51,667 bases of DNA. It comes from an uncultured Acidobacteriota bacterium (GTDB lineage Bacteria; Acidobacteriota; Thermoanaerobaculia; UBA5066; DATFVB01). Position numbers and translations under genes: made by a program. This document shows, one piece after another, positions 10,894 through 21,452 of the stretch. Location: the NCBI GenBank assembly GCA_963813155.1, contig CAWEYG010000011.1:1-51667 (forward strand), written 5' to 3'. The first letter of the stretch is position 1. Every line of letters starts with the position of its first letter. A model generated the notes under the pieces. The model did not search any database and was not told the DNA's origin. It was given only the letters and a program-made list of their open reading frames with translations.

Positions 10894-12742
10894 ATGAATC
10901 GTAAACCAATGATCGTGTCTGATGCGCGGACCAATGGCGTTGGCGACCATGCCAACGACAACATCGCGATGACCAATGGCAAGCCGCTGCCCGTCGAGAA
11001 GCCGGCCAATGGCCGGCAAGGGCCTGAAGCACTGGCGCTACGATCTTCGCTCGGGTTCATGGTGGCGATGATCTCGCTGCCGTTCTCGATGGGGATCGCC
11101 ATCACCTCGGGCGCGCCGCCGGTCTGCGGGATCATGTCGGCGATCATCGCCGGTTTCGTCCTGCCGTTCCTGGGCGGCTCGTACGTGACCATCAGCGGCC
11201 CGGCCGCCGGCCTGGCGCCGGTCCTGTTCGCCGGCATGATCATGCTGGGACACGCCCGCCTGGGGCACGGCGCCTGCCAGTCCGAGTTGCTCGCGGTCGG
11301 CTATCCGCTCGTGCTGGTCGCCATCTGCATCGCGGGCGTGTTGCAGGTGGTCCTGGCCAGGTTGAAGGTGGCCCGCCTGAGCGCCATCTTCCCGGCCGCG
11401 GCCATCGAGGGCATGCTGGCGGCGATCGGCCTGATGATCATCGTCAAGCAGATCCCGCTGTTCATGGGCGTGAAGTTCGAGGCCCACGAATTCTGGGAGA
11501 TCCTCGGCGAAGTGCCCCACCACGTCGCGTCGATGAACCCCAAGGTCTTCGGCCTGGGGGTCGGTTGCCTGGCGGCGTTGTTCCTCCTGTCGGCCATCCC
11601 CGGGCGGCTGCTCAAGGTCATGCCGCCGCCGGTCTGGGTGTTCTTCGGCGGCACGCTGGTGGGCACATTCGTTCCTGAACTTGGACGAAATCCCACCTGA
11701 TCAACGTGCCCGAGCTCCGCTCAAGCACGGGATCGTCCTCCCCGACTTCGGTGAGGCATTCACCGATCCCACCTGTGGCTGCCCCTGGCCTATCATGGTC
11801 GTCACCCTGCTGCTGATCGACGGCGACCGAGTCGCTGGCGACGATCGCGGCCGTGGACAAGATCGACCCCTATCGCCGCCAGTCCGATCCGGACCGCACC
11901 TTGCTGGCGATGGGCGTCTCCAACGTGCGCCTCGAGCCTGCTCGGCGGCTTGACCATCATCCCCGGCATCGTCAAGAGCACGGCGAACATCCTGGGCGGC
12001 GGCCGCACCCAGTGGGCCAACTTCTACAACGCGTGCTTCCTGCTTGACGTTCCTGCTGTTCGGCCGCGACCTGATCAACATGGTCCCGATGGCGGTCCTG
12101 GCCTCCATCCTGGTCTTCATCGGCTACAAGCTGTGCCGGCCCAAGGTCTGGCTGAAGGTCGCGCAGATCGGGACGGAGCAGTTCGTCATCTTCGTCACCA
12201 CGGTGCTCGTCACCGTGACGACCGACCTGCTCATCGGCATCGTCACCGGCGTCGTCCTGGAGTTGCTGCTGAGCCTGTGGTACGTGGGCCTCTGGCACAC
12301 GCCTGAGGAACGGCTCGGGATTCGCCAAGCCGAGTTTTGCCGCCCGCTTCGTCGAGCCTCTTCCGCAATCCGGTGACGCGGCGGGAATTCGATGAGGGCA
12401 ACTACCACCTGTACTTGGATGGTCCCCTGGTCTGCTTCAACCTGTTCCACATGATTCGGGAGCTGGGGCACCTTCCGAGCGGTACGCAGGCGGTGTATCT
12501 CCACTTGAGCTCGCGCGTGCCTCTCGTCGATCACACGACCGGTGAGTCGCTCCATCATTTCCTGGAGGAGTTCAGCGGCCAAGATCAGATCCGAGACTGG
12601 TGATCGACGGATGGGACCACATGCGCCCGCTGTCCAATCACGAGACGAGCACGCGGATCGCCCTGGCCGTTGCACCGGCGAGTCTCGAACTGTCGCGGCG
12701 GAGGCCGAGGCAGAGTTGAAAGAGGCGCAGGTGTTCGGTTGA
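10894..12742 (+). CDS. SulP/SLC26 anion (bicarbonate/sulfate) transporter with STAS-like tail (frameshifted)
   Basis: SLPFSMGIAITSGAPP, TISGPAAGL, ESLAT..AVDKIDP, GGLTIIPGIVKSTAN, TTDLLIGI; purine-rich RBS upstream. Confidence 0.9.
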
Positions 12743-13034
12743 GGAATGTCACCGAACGCTTTCGCCCCTCTTGCGCCGTAGCCGGCTTGATTGAGGCAGC
12801 GGGCTGTCGTGACACGGATCGCGGGTGTGCCTTCCGAGACGCGAAGCGCACCGGGTTCGCTGGCCGATCAAGCCCGAGCGGATCGAGTCGGACTGGTGCG
12901 CGGCATTCGGTCAGGCCGACCCGGCGAAGCTGGCGCTTGAATGCGTGGCGAAGGCAACGTGCGCGGCGCCTGTGATCAGGCGGCACCAGACTCCTCACCG
13001 TCTTCTGCAAAAGACCCTGTATGGAGGAATGCGT

Positions 13035-13193
13035 GTGCGTTATTTCGTTGCAAGCCTCCTGGTATTGTTCCTGGTCTCGGTTGTCTTGGAAGCGGTCGTC
13101 ATCATTGGCCCGTGGCGGAGCCGGCGAAGACAACCCGGGGAAACTGCCAAGCGATCGGCCAGTGGCGGGCAGGCCGGCGCGGTCGCGGAATGA
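13035..13193 (+). CDS. Putative small single-TM protein (52 aa)
   Basis: GGAGGA 6 nt before GTG; RYFVASLLVLFLVSVVLEAVVIIGPW followed by basic RSRRR. Confidence 0.45.
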   Translation: MRYFVASLLVLFLVSVVLEAVVIIGPWRSRRRQPGETAKRSASGGQAGAVAE

Positions 13194-13293
13194 CAAGCGC
13201 GAACGCGCCGCTCGCCATTCGTGGCCGTGATGCGCGTTGGCTCGGCATCCCGATTGTCGGCACTGCCGAAAGGGCCGGTTATCCCCGACCCAC

Positions 13294-13334
13294 AAAAAAA
13301 CCCACGGCGAAGGACGGAATCCTTCGCCGTAGGG
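13294..13334 (-). terminator. Rho-independent terminator
   Basis: acggcgaagga/tccttcgccgt stem next to A7 (U-tract on minus strand), downstream of the minus-strand surface-protein fragment. Confidence 0.7.
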
Positions 13335-13532
13335 GGGGGCGTGTGAGCAAGGGTATGACGGAGCAGCGCCTCAAAACGCGCCAATCTCTCGGGATCGTCA
13401 CTCAACGGCTTTGCATGATCGCGGGAAGGTGACTGTCGTGATGAGCCCGGCAACGCTTTCGGCCCGGCAGGAGCCTCCCCCTCCCGGGATTGCGCTTGAT
13501 CACTGAGAGGGCAGGATCTCCCTGCGCGGCAA

Positions 13533-14288
13533 TCAACACTTAGCTGCAGCCGCACACCTTCTTGTACCAGGTATAATCACGGTGTAATTGGTGCAGGCCC
13601 AGCGGCGCCGCCGCGACGATGGTCTTTCACGTCTCGGGCGTGCCGCGTCGTCGCACGCGTTCACCGGGAAGACGCCGATGACATTGAGGTCGCTGAACTG
13701 ACCGTGGTGGTCGATGGTGTCGTACGCGGCAGTGGCCGTCTGCCAGTAGATCTGAGCGCCGGCCTGGTGGAAGTGAGGGTGCCCTGCCAGTTCACGTAGT
13801 TGACGTATCCGCCGTCGAGGCCTCCGGACGGAACGAGGTAGGCGAGTCCGTCGAGGAAGATGTCGTTGCCGCATGTCGCCGCAGACTCGGCACGGTCGTC
13901 GTCCACGTGTTCGACTTGGCGTCGTAGGTCGTTGACGCGGTCGTCGCGCTCGGGTCGATGATGATCTTCGCGCTCGGGACATTCAGCGTGGAGGTCTTGC
14001 TGTTGCAGTACCACCCCACGGAATACGTGATCGTCACGTTGGTGAAGGTGATGACCTCCTTGGTGGAGGTATTCAGGCCACAGACGCTGAGCGCGCTATT
14101 GAACCAGACCGTATCGCCGGCCGGGACGTAGGCACAGTTGAAGTCCGAGCAGATCGAGCTCGTGCAGGTGTAGCCCGGCGGGGTCTGCTCGACGAAGTCG
14201 TTGCCTGTGCGCTTGTTTGCGCCCGAGACCAGGACCGTGGTGATGGTCCGCGTGCCGGTGGTGCCGCCGGTGCTGCCGGCGATCTGGC
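13533..14288 (-). CDS. 3' fragment of a large secreted beta-rich (SdrD-B-like) surface protein, frameshifted, 5' end lost at junction
   Basis: TITTVLVSG...GNDFVE (end of SdrD-B-like repeat), then [51 protein letters not shown]; T/S/N/C-rich. Confidence 0.6.
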
Positions 14289-14631
14289 CGAACGGTTCGA
14301 GCTTGGAAATCGCGCCGCTCGCGATTCTCCAGGCGTAGCCGGGGGTTCGCCCGGCGGGAATTCCGAGCGTGAGCAGCGCGCCCACGGGCGCCGCGCCCAT
14401 CGCCGCGAGGTCCGACAGGTTCGCGCCCGCGGCTCTCCTCCCGATCCACTCCGGGACTTCCCGCGAGAGAAAATCGACGCGCTCGACGAGTGTATCGGTC
14501 GTGACCACATAACGGCCTTCGGGAAGATCCACGACCGCGGCGTCGTCGCCGATCCCCACTCTGACCCCGCGGCGCGGCCGGACGGCGGCCGCCAGCCTCG
14601 CGGTGAAGGCGTCTTCGCCGCGAGGCTTCAT
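14289..14631 (-). CDS. thiL: Thiamine-monophosphate kinase, N-terminal ~114 codons only (truncated at junction)
   Basis: [38 protein letters not shown]; ATGA overlap with lon stop; similarity ends at KLEPFG. Confidence 0.85.
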
Positions 14632-17073
14632 ACGGCGGGCTGTGGGCCCGGCGGACGCGGCGAATGTGTCCGGCGAGGAGGGGCTTTCTCGGAATCCGCG
14701 CTCTTTTCCGGAATCGACAGGGCGAGAGCCAGTACCTCGTCGACGCTCCCCACGTATCGAACCTCGATCCCCGACAGGACGTGGGCCGAGATCTGTTCGA
14801 TGTCGCGGCGGTTGAATTTCGGAAGGACCGACGACGGCGATCTTCGCCTGCTTCGCGGCGAGAACCTTTTCCTTGACGCCGCCGATCGGCAACACCTCGC
14901 CCCGCAGCGTGATTTCCCCGGTCATCGCGAGGTCTTTCGAGACCGGGCGGCCCGTGAAAGCCGAGATCATCGCCGCGGCCATGGTGATTCCCGCCGACGG
15001 GCCGTCCTTCGGGATCGAGCCCTCCGGAACGTGCACGTGGATGTCGTGGGTCTCGAAGTAGTCGTCCGGAATTCCCAGCTCCTTCGCGTGGGCCCGGGCG
15101 TAGGTCAGCGCCGCCTGCGCCGATTCCTTCATGACGGTTCCGAGCATTCCCGTGAGGAGGATGGCTCCCTTGCCCTTCACCGCGTTCGCTTCGACGAAGA
15201 GCACGTCTCCGCCGACGGGAGTCCAGGCCAGTCCGGTGGCGACGCCGATCTGATCTTTTTTCAGCCGCTCTTCCGCGAAGAACTTCGTCGGTCCGAGCAT
15301 CTTCACCACGACGGCGGGCGTGATGCGGAATTTTCGGTGTTTTCCCTTCGCGACCGTGACCGCCACCTTGCGGGCGACCGAGCCGATCTCTCGCTCGAGG
15401 TTCCTCAGGCCGGCCTCCCTCGTGTAGCCCTCGACGATTTTCCGCAGGCCCGGTTTCGTGAACTCCAGATTGTCGCCGGTGACGCCGTTCTCCTCGAGCT
15501 GCTTCGGGATGAGATGAATCTGCGCGATTTGAAGCTTCTCTTCCTCCGTGTAGCCCGAGAGAGAAATCACCTCCATCCGGTCGAGGAACGCCGGCTGAAT
15601 CGGGTCGAGAACGTTGGCGGTCGCGATGAAGAGGACCCGGGACAGGTCGTACGGGACGCCCACGTAGTGGTCGCGGAACGTCGAGTTCTGCTCCGGGTCG
15701 AGGACCTCGAGCAGGGCGGAAGAGGGGTCGCCGCGGTAATCGGCTCCGAGCTTGTCGATCTCGTCGAGCATGAAGACGGGGTTCGAAGTTCCGGCCTGCG
15801 AGATTCCCTGGATGATTCGCCCCGGGAGCGCCCCGACGTAGGTGCGGCGGTGCCCGCGGATCTCGGCTTCGTCGCGGACGCCCCCGAGCGAGAGCCGGAT
15901 GAACTTCCGGTCCAGCGCGTGCGCGATCGATCGGCCGAGCGAAGTCTTTCCGACGCCGGGCGGCCCGACGAAACAGAGGATCGGGCCCTTCATGGTCTTC
16001 TTGAGCGTCTTGACGGCGAGAAATTCGATGATGCGGGCCTTGATTTTTTCCAGGTCGTAATGATCTTCGTCGAGGATTTTCTTCGCGCGGTCGAGGTCCG
16101 AGGCGTCGAGCGAGAACGTGGTCCACGGCAGCCCCGTCATCCAGTCGAGGTACGTGCGGATGATGGCCGTCTCCGCGGAATCAGGGTGGCTGCGCTCCAG
16201 GCGCTTGATCTGTTTCTCGACCTCGGTCGCCGCCTCCTCCGGGAGGCCCTTTTCGGAGATCGCCCGCCGGTAGTTCGCGATTTCTTCGGAGAGCTCTTCG
16301 CCTTCGCCGAGCTCCTGCTGGATCGCCTTGAGCTGCTGCCGGAGGAAATATTCGCGCTGCGACTTGTCCATCTCTCCCCGCGCCTGGGAGGTGATTTCCT
16401 GCTGCATCGTGAGAACGTTGATTTCCTTGAGGATTTCTTCGTTGACGAGTTTCAGCCGCGCGATCGGCGCGATCGTCTCCAGGACGCGCTGGGCCTGTTC
16501 GGACTTGAGCTCGAGGTTCGAGGCCGCGAGATCGGCCAGGCGCGCCGTGTCTTCGATGTTCGCGGCGATGAGCATGACTTCGGGAGAGATGTTCTTGCCG
16601 AGCGTCACGCTCCTCTCGAGGTTCTGCTTGACCCCGCGCACGAGAGCTTCCTCTTCCGGAGCGAGCTTCTTCGGCGCCTCGGGCTCGGGAATCCGCGTGA
16701 CCTTCGCGCGCAGGTACGGCTCGGTCTGAAGGAAGGAATTGACCCGCGCCCGCGAGACGCCCTGAACGAGCAGCCGAATCCTTCCGTCGGGGAGCTTCAG
16801 CATTCGCATGATCGCCGCGAGCGTGCCGATCTCGTAGAGGTCCGACGGCCCGGGCGTCTCGTTCTCGCTGCTCTTTTGAACGGTCAGCATGATGACCCGC
16901 TGCTCGGCCAGGGCCGCATCCACGGCGTTGATCGATTTTTCGCGAGAAACCGACAGGGGAACGATGATGTAGGGGAAGACGACCATGTCTTTGAGCGGAA
17001 GAACCGGGACGATGTCGGGAATGGGGATCTCGGCCAGCGTCTCGGTCGCCTTGTCGAACTCTTTGTCGGCCAT
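14628..17073 (-). CDS. lon: ATP-dependent Lon protease (one frameshift near 14830)
   Basis: Lon N-domain, [10 protein letters not shown], Walker [16 protein letters not shown], catalytic PKDGPSAG and GGVKEK. Confidence 0.95.
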
Positions 17074-17074
17074 G

Positions 17075-17542
17075 TCAGGGGTTTCCTTCCAGGATTTCGA
17101 TTTGCACGTCGAGGATTCGGCGGCGGTCGGCGACCACTCGCGGGATGCGGATCAGGAGAAGGCCGTCCGCGAGCGTGGCCTTCGCCTGTTTCACGTTCAC
17201 GGCGCTCGGCAGCGGTACAACCTTTTCGAATTCTCCGAAGAAGCGCTCCATGCAGAGGAATTTCGTCCGGTTTCCGGGGCGCCGGTCCGCGCGTTTGACG
17301 CCGCGGATCCGAAGCTGGGATCCCTTCGCGGCCGCGTTCAGGTCGCTCGCGGCGAGGCCGGGCACCTCGACGACGATCTGAACTTCGTCCGCGCTTTCGA
17401 GGACGTCGACGTTGGGATCCCACGCGGTGGCCGTCGCGAGCGACGCGCGCTGGTTCTCGAGGATTCCGGCGAAGAGGCGGTTGAGCTCCGTCTGGAGGCG
17501 GGTGATCTCCATCAGCGGGCCGAAAAGCCCGGCCCTCTTCAA
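17075..17542 (-). CDS. Hsp20/alpha-crystallin small heat-shock protein
   Basis: [43 protein letters not shown]. Confidence 0.9.
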   Translation of the reverse strand: MKRAGLFGPLMEITRLQTELNRLFAGILENQRASLATATAWDPNVDVLESADEVQIVVEVPGLAASDLNAAAKGSQLRIRGVKRADRRPGNRTKFLCMERFFGEFEKVVPLPSAVNVKQAKATLADGLLLIRIPRVVADRRRILDVQIEILEGNP

Positions 17543-18015
17543 ACGGCTCCTTTCGGGTGGCGGCGTCCCGACAAAAGCGTCTTCAGCTCGTCCAGGAATT
17601 CGCCGACGTCCTCGAACTGCCGGTAGACGGACGCGAACCGGACGTACGCGACCTCGTCGAGCTCTTTCAACCTCTCCATGACGAGCGATCCGATCGCTTT
17701 CGTTGAGATCTCGCGGTCGGAGCTGTCGTGCAGGCGGCTTTCGACTTCGTCCGCGATCGCGTCGAGCCGGGCGGACGGGATCGGCCGTTTCTCGCAGGCC
17801 CGGGACAGCCCGGTCCTCAGCTTCTTTCGGTCGAAAGGCTCCCGGCGTCCGTCGTTTTTGACGACCATGTACGGGATGTCTTCGATCGTTTCATACGAGG
17901 TGAATCGCCGGGCGCACCCGGTGCATTCGCGGCGCCGGCGAATGAACTCGCCGTCCCGACCCTCCCTCGAATCGACCACACGGTCTTCGAGGGCGCCGCA
18001 AAACGGGCATTTCAT
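17539..18015 (-). CDS. nrdR: Transcriptional repressor NrdR
   Basis: MKCPFCG...VVDSR...IRRRREC..C..RFTSYE zinc ribbon, ATP cone, [12 protein letters not shown]. Confidence 0.97.
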   Translation of the reverse strand: MKCPFCGALEDRVVDSREGRDGEFIRRRRECTGCARRFTSYETIEDIPYMVVKNDGRREPFDRKKLRTGLSRACEKRPIPSARLDAIADEVESRLHDSSDREISTKAIGSLVMERLKELDEVAYVRFASVYRQFEDVGEFLDELKTLLSGRRHPKGAV

Positions 18016-18024
18016 GGGTTGAAT

Positions 18025-19053
18025 CTATTCTTCCGCCGCGGCTTCGGCAAGATCGGCGAGAGATTGTTTCGACCGCCGCGGGCCCGCGGCGAAGAGGGCG
18101 AAGCCGATCACCGTGACCGGAATGAACGCGATCGCCCAGTAGAGGAGCGCGAACGCCGTCGCGGTGTCGATCGCGACGCCGTAGAAAAACGTGAGGGCGT
18201 AGCTGCACATCGCCTGAAAGCCTCCGATCGCCCCGGGAGTCGGAATCAGCATTCCGACGAGAGTCAGGAGACAAACGATCACCGCGGCCCAGAAAGAGAG
18301 ATCCGTGTGGAAGGCTCGGAGCAGGAAGAAAATCTGGAGATAAACCGCGGTCCAGAGCGCGACCGAGAGAGCGACGCTCGTCGCGAAGTTTCGGCCGTCC
18401 TGGACGATGGACAATCCGTCGATGAAGGAGGCCGCGGCGCCGCGGATCTTCGTGCGGGCTCCGGCCGGCAGCCGCGACGAGAGGCGGTCGACGAACCCGA
18501 CCATCTGCGCCCGGCGGAGAACCGACCAGGCGCAGATCGCCGCAAACGCCGCAAGCAGCACGGCGGAGATCTTCGCGAGCCGGACGATCAATTCCGGGTG
18601 TTCCAGGGTGTCCGCGCCTGCCCCGGCAGTGCGGGAGTGGACCACGAAGGCGACGACGAAGGCGAGGACGGTGGCCAGGTCGAGGAGTCTCTCGAACGCG
18701 ACCGACGCGAGCGCGCCCGAGAACGAAAGTCCGGTTCGCCGGGAGAGGACGACGGGCCGGATGACTTCTCCGGCGCGGGCGGGCAGGACCGTGGACGCCG
18801 CGAAACCGATGCACGTCGCCGAGAAACTGTCCGCGAAACGCACTTTCCCCACCGGCCGCAGGAGAAACTGCCAGCGCCAGGACCGCAGCGGGATCGTCGC
18901 GAGGCTGCTTCCCACGGCGAGCAGAAGATATCCGGATTGAACGCGGGCGAGCTTGTCCGCGACGTCCGCGAGGTTCGCCTTCGACAGGAAATAGGCGAGC
19001 AGCGCGACGGCGAGGCCGATCGAGAGAAGCATCTTCACCCGCCGATTTTCCAT
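18025..19053 (-). CDS. Lysylphosphatidylglycerol synthase TM-domain (UPF0104) flippase-like protein
   Basis: LRSWRWQFLL, VLPARAGEVIR, FERLLD, IPTPGAIG; multiple TM helices. Confidence 0.85.
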   Translation of the reverse strand: MENRRVKMLLSIGLAVALLAYFLSKANLADVADKLARVQSGYLLLAVGSSLATIPLRSWRWQFLLRPVGKVRFADSFSATCIGFAASTVLPARAGEVIRPVVLSRRTGLSFSGALASVAFERLLDLATVLAFVVAFVVHSRTAGAGADTLEHPELIVRLAKISAVLLAAFAAICAWSVLRRAQMVGFVDRLSSRLPAGARTKIRGAAASFIDGLSIVQDGRNFATSVALSVALWTAVYLQIFFLLRAFHTDLSFWAAVIVCLLTLVGMLIPTPGAIGGFQAMCSYALTFFYGVAIDTATAFALLYWAIAFIPVTVIGFALFAAGPRRSKQSLADLAEAAAEE

Positions 19054-19174
19054 GCCGCTTTCTAGCACAGATGGAAGGCCCGAATCTCTCTTTTCCCTTG
19101 ACTTTCCAAGACTTCGGGCCGACAATGCTTCCAAGTCCCGGGTATCCCAGAGGCCCGTTTTTTGGAGGATAAAA

Positions 19175-21022
19175 ATGCGTAGGTTGGCTCTCGGGCTCGT
19201 CGTTGCTCTGTGCCTCAACGCGGCGGCCGTTTCCGCGCAGTCGGCGTTCGGTCACGTCGACACCCCCCGACCCGGAGACACGATCTACGGCGTCGTCGCG
19301 GTGAGCGGCTGGGTTCTCGACATCAACGCGGTGAGCAGCATCGACCTGTACGTCGACGGCGCAAAGGTCGCGACGGCCGACATCAACCTTCCCCGCGTCG
19401 ACGTGCTCAACGTCTTCCCGACTTACGCGAACAGCCCGACGGCGCTGCCCGGCTTCATCACGTCGTTCTACACGGAGAAGGGGGCTCCGAACTTCGTTTA
19501 TCCGAGCGGAGCGCACACGGTTTCGATCAAAGTGGTCGAGTCGGCCAATCCGAACGTTTCGATCGACATCGCGGACATCCCGGTCACCGTCGACAACACG
19601 CTCAACCAGACGCCTTTCGGCTACATCGACATCCCGGACGCCAATCCCCAGAGCACGGAAGGGTTCGACTCCGCCCACCCCGTCGCGGGCTGGGCGATCG
19701 ACGACAGTGTCTGCCCGGTCGGCAGTTCCCGCGCAAAGTGCGGGGTCGATCACATCGACATCCTCGTCGACGGCCAGATCGTCGCCGGCGCGGTCTGCTG
19801 CAACGTCCCCGGCCAGCCCAGCTCCGGTTCGACCGCCGGGCCCGGCATCTACGGCACGACCCGCCCCGACGTCCAGGCGGCGTTTCCGGACGTGCCGGAT
19901 TCGTCTTTTTTCCGGCTGGTCCGCCAACATCGACACGACCCAGTTCATCAACGGCCTTCATACGATCACCGCCCGGGTCACCGACGGGCAGGGGGCTTCC
20001 CGCGTGATCGGCAGCCGGACGGTACAGACCGACAACGCGAGCCTGAATCTCCATCCGTTCGGCGAAGTGGACTATCCCCTCGATGAATCCACGATTCCCT
20101 CGTTGTGCGGAAACTCGTCGGTGGACTGCGGAGACGTTTCGGGTTGCGTTCCGGGGCCAGGCGCGGTTTGCCCGACCGTCAGCGCGCTGAATCTGGTGAG
20201 CGGGTGGGTTCTGGACACCGGGGCGCGTCTCGACTTCGGCCAGACCGGCTACGTCGAGCTGCTCATCGACGGCGTCGTCATCGCGAACACCCGAAGCGAC
20301 TGCATTCAAGGATCGCACGGTGCATTCGAGAATTGCTACGGAGTGAATCGGCCCGATGTCGAGAGGAACTATCCCGGCTTCGTGAACTCGGACAATGCCG
20401 GATTCGTGTTCGATTTCTGGGCGATCGACGACGGAGACGGCCACATCTTCATCGAGATCCCCACGGGATCCAACGACTGCCGGAACATCACGGTCATCTC
20501 GCCGGGCAAACACGACCTGACGGTATTGGCCGGCGATGTCTCGGAGACCGGGCCGACCCAGATCGGGCTCACCGAGTCGGTGATTTTCGTGGCCTGCCAG
20601 ACGACGGCTCTCGACAGGCCCGGGTTCGGAAACGTCGATTTCCCCTACAACGATCAATTCGTCGATGGCACGGTCGAAGTGGAGGGTGGGCGTTCGACCC
20701 GAACGGCTTCAGTTGCGACATCAACAACTCCTCGCACATCGATATCGACGTCGACGGATCCTGCGCCGCCAGCCCGGGTGCCGTTCCCTGCGCCCTCGCG
20801 AGCCGAGCGAACTGGTGCCTGCTGCGGCCCGACGTTCCCGCCGGGGATGCCCGTGTGACGACGTCCAACGTCGGGTTCGGCTTCGCGCTCGACACGACGA
20901 AACTCTCCGACGCGCCGCACGACATCAATGTGTATGAGACCGACAGCGGAGGACATCGGACGCTCATCGGACGCCGAAAGATCGTCGTGAACAACAACGT
21001 CTCCGACGGACGGACCGCGTAG
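19175..21022 (+). CDS. Secreted protein with four Ig-like FGxxDxP/RPDV repeats (frameshifts near 19910 and 20690; may extend to 21342)
   Basis: GGAGGA RBS, signal peptide MRRLALGLVVALCLNAAAVSA, repeats FGHVDTP, FGYIDIP, FGEVDYP, FGNVDFP each followed by GW..D, (V/I)DG and R(P/V)DV. Confidence 0.8.
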
Positions 21023-21360
21023 CGGTCAACGCTCCGAACCACGACGCACGTCGCTGTCGCCGGTGCGCTTTTCTTCACGGTCGAGTCGGGAGACGTGGCA
21101 GCCGCCGGCGACGTGACGGCCGTCAACGTGCTTCCCGCGGGCTCCACGGTCGCGGTAATCTCGGCCGTCGAAGACTCGAATTGCAAGGAGTCGGCGCAGT
21201 GTCCCCAGGCGATGTGTCGCAGACCGTGACGCTCGCGATCACTCCGGCGAATGGAGCCACGTCCGTGTCGTTCGAGCTGAAAAACACCCACTCCGGTTTG
21301 GAAACACGAGAGCTTTCGGTCGCCGTCGGCGGCTGTCAATAGCTCAGAGCCGGCTCGCCA

Positions 21361-21390
21361 GCGCCCCGATTTTCGGGGCGTTTTTGTTTT
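21361..21390 (+). terminator. Rho-independent terminator
   Basis: cgccccga-ttt-tcggggcg followed by tttttgtttt. Confidence 0.8.
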
Positions 21391-21452
21391 CAGCGGTTTC
21401 GGCTCCAGACTCGACGAGCTGGCCGCGATTGAAGTGGCCCGCGCCGCGAGCC

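Noticed and set aside
13460-13485. Possible lone REP half-site (cggcccggcaggagcctccccctccc)
   Set aside because: Single imperfect copy with no partner in the window; cannot be supported from this sequence alone.
1-14288. Mass pseudogenisation or programmed frameshifting
   Set aside because: Indels hit nearly every gene while motifs stay intact, and housekeeping genes on the right (lon, purH) also have some; long-read error is the simpler explanation.
13792-17073. 1093-aa Lon-ThiL-surface protein fusion ORF
   Set aside because: Produced by an indel near 14830 that bypasses the Lon stop (PQPAV* in another frame) plus the junction at ~14,288.
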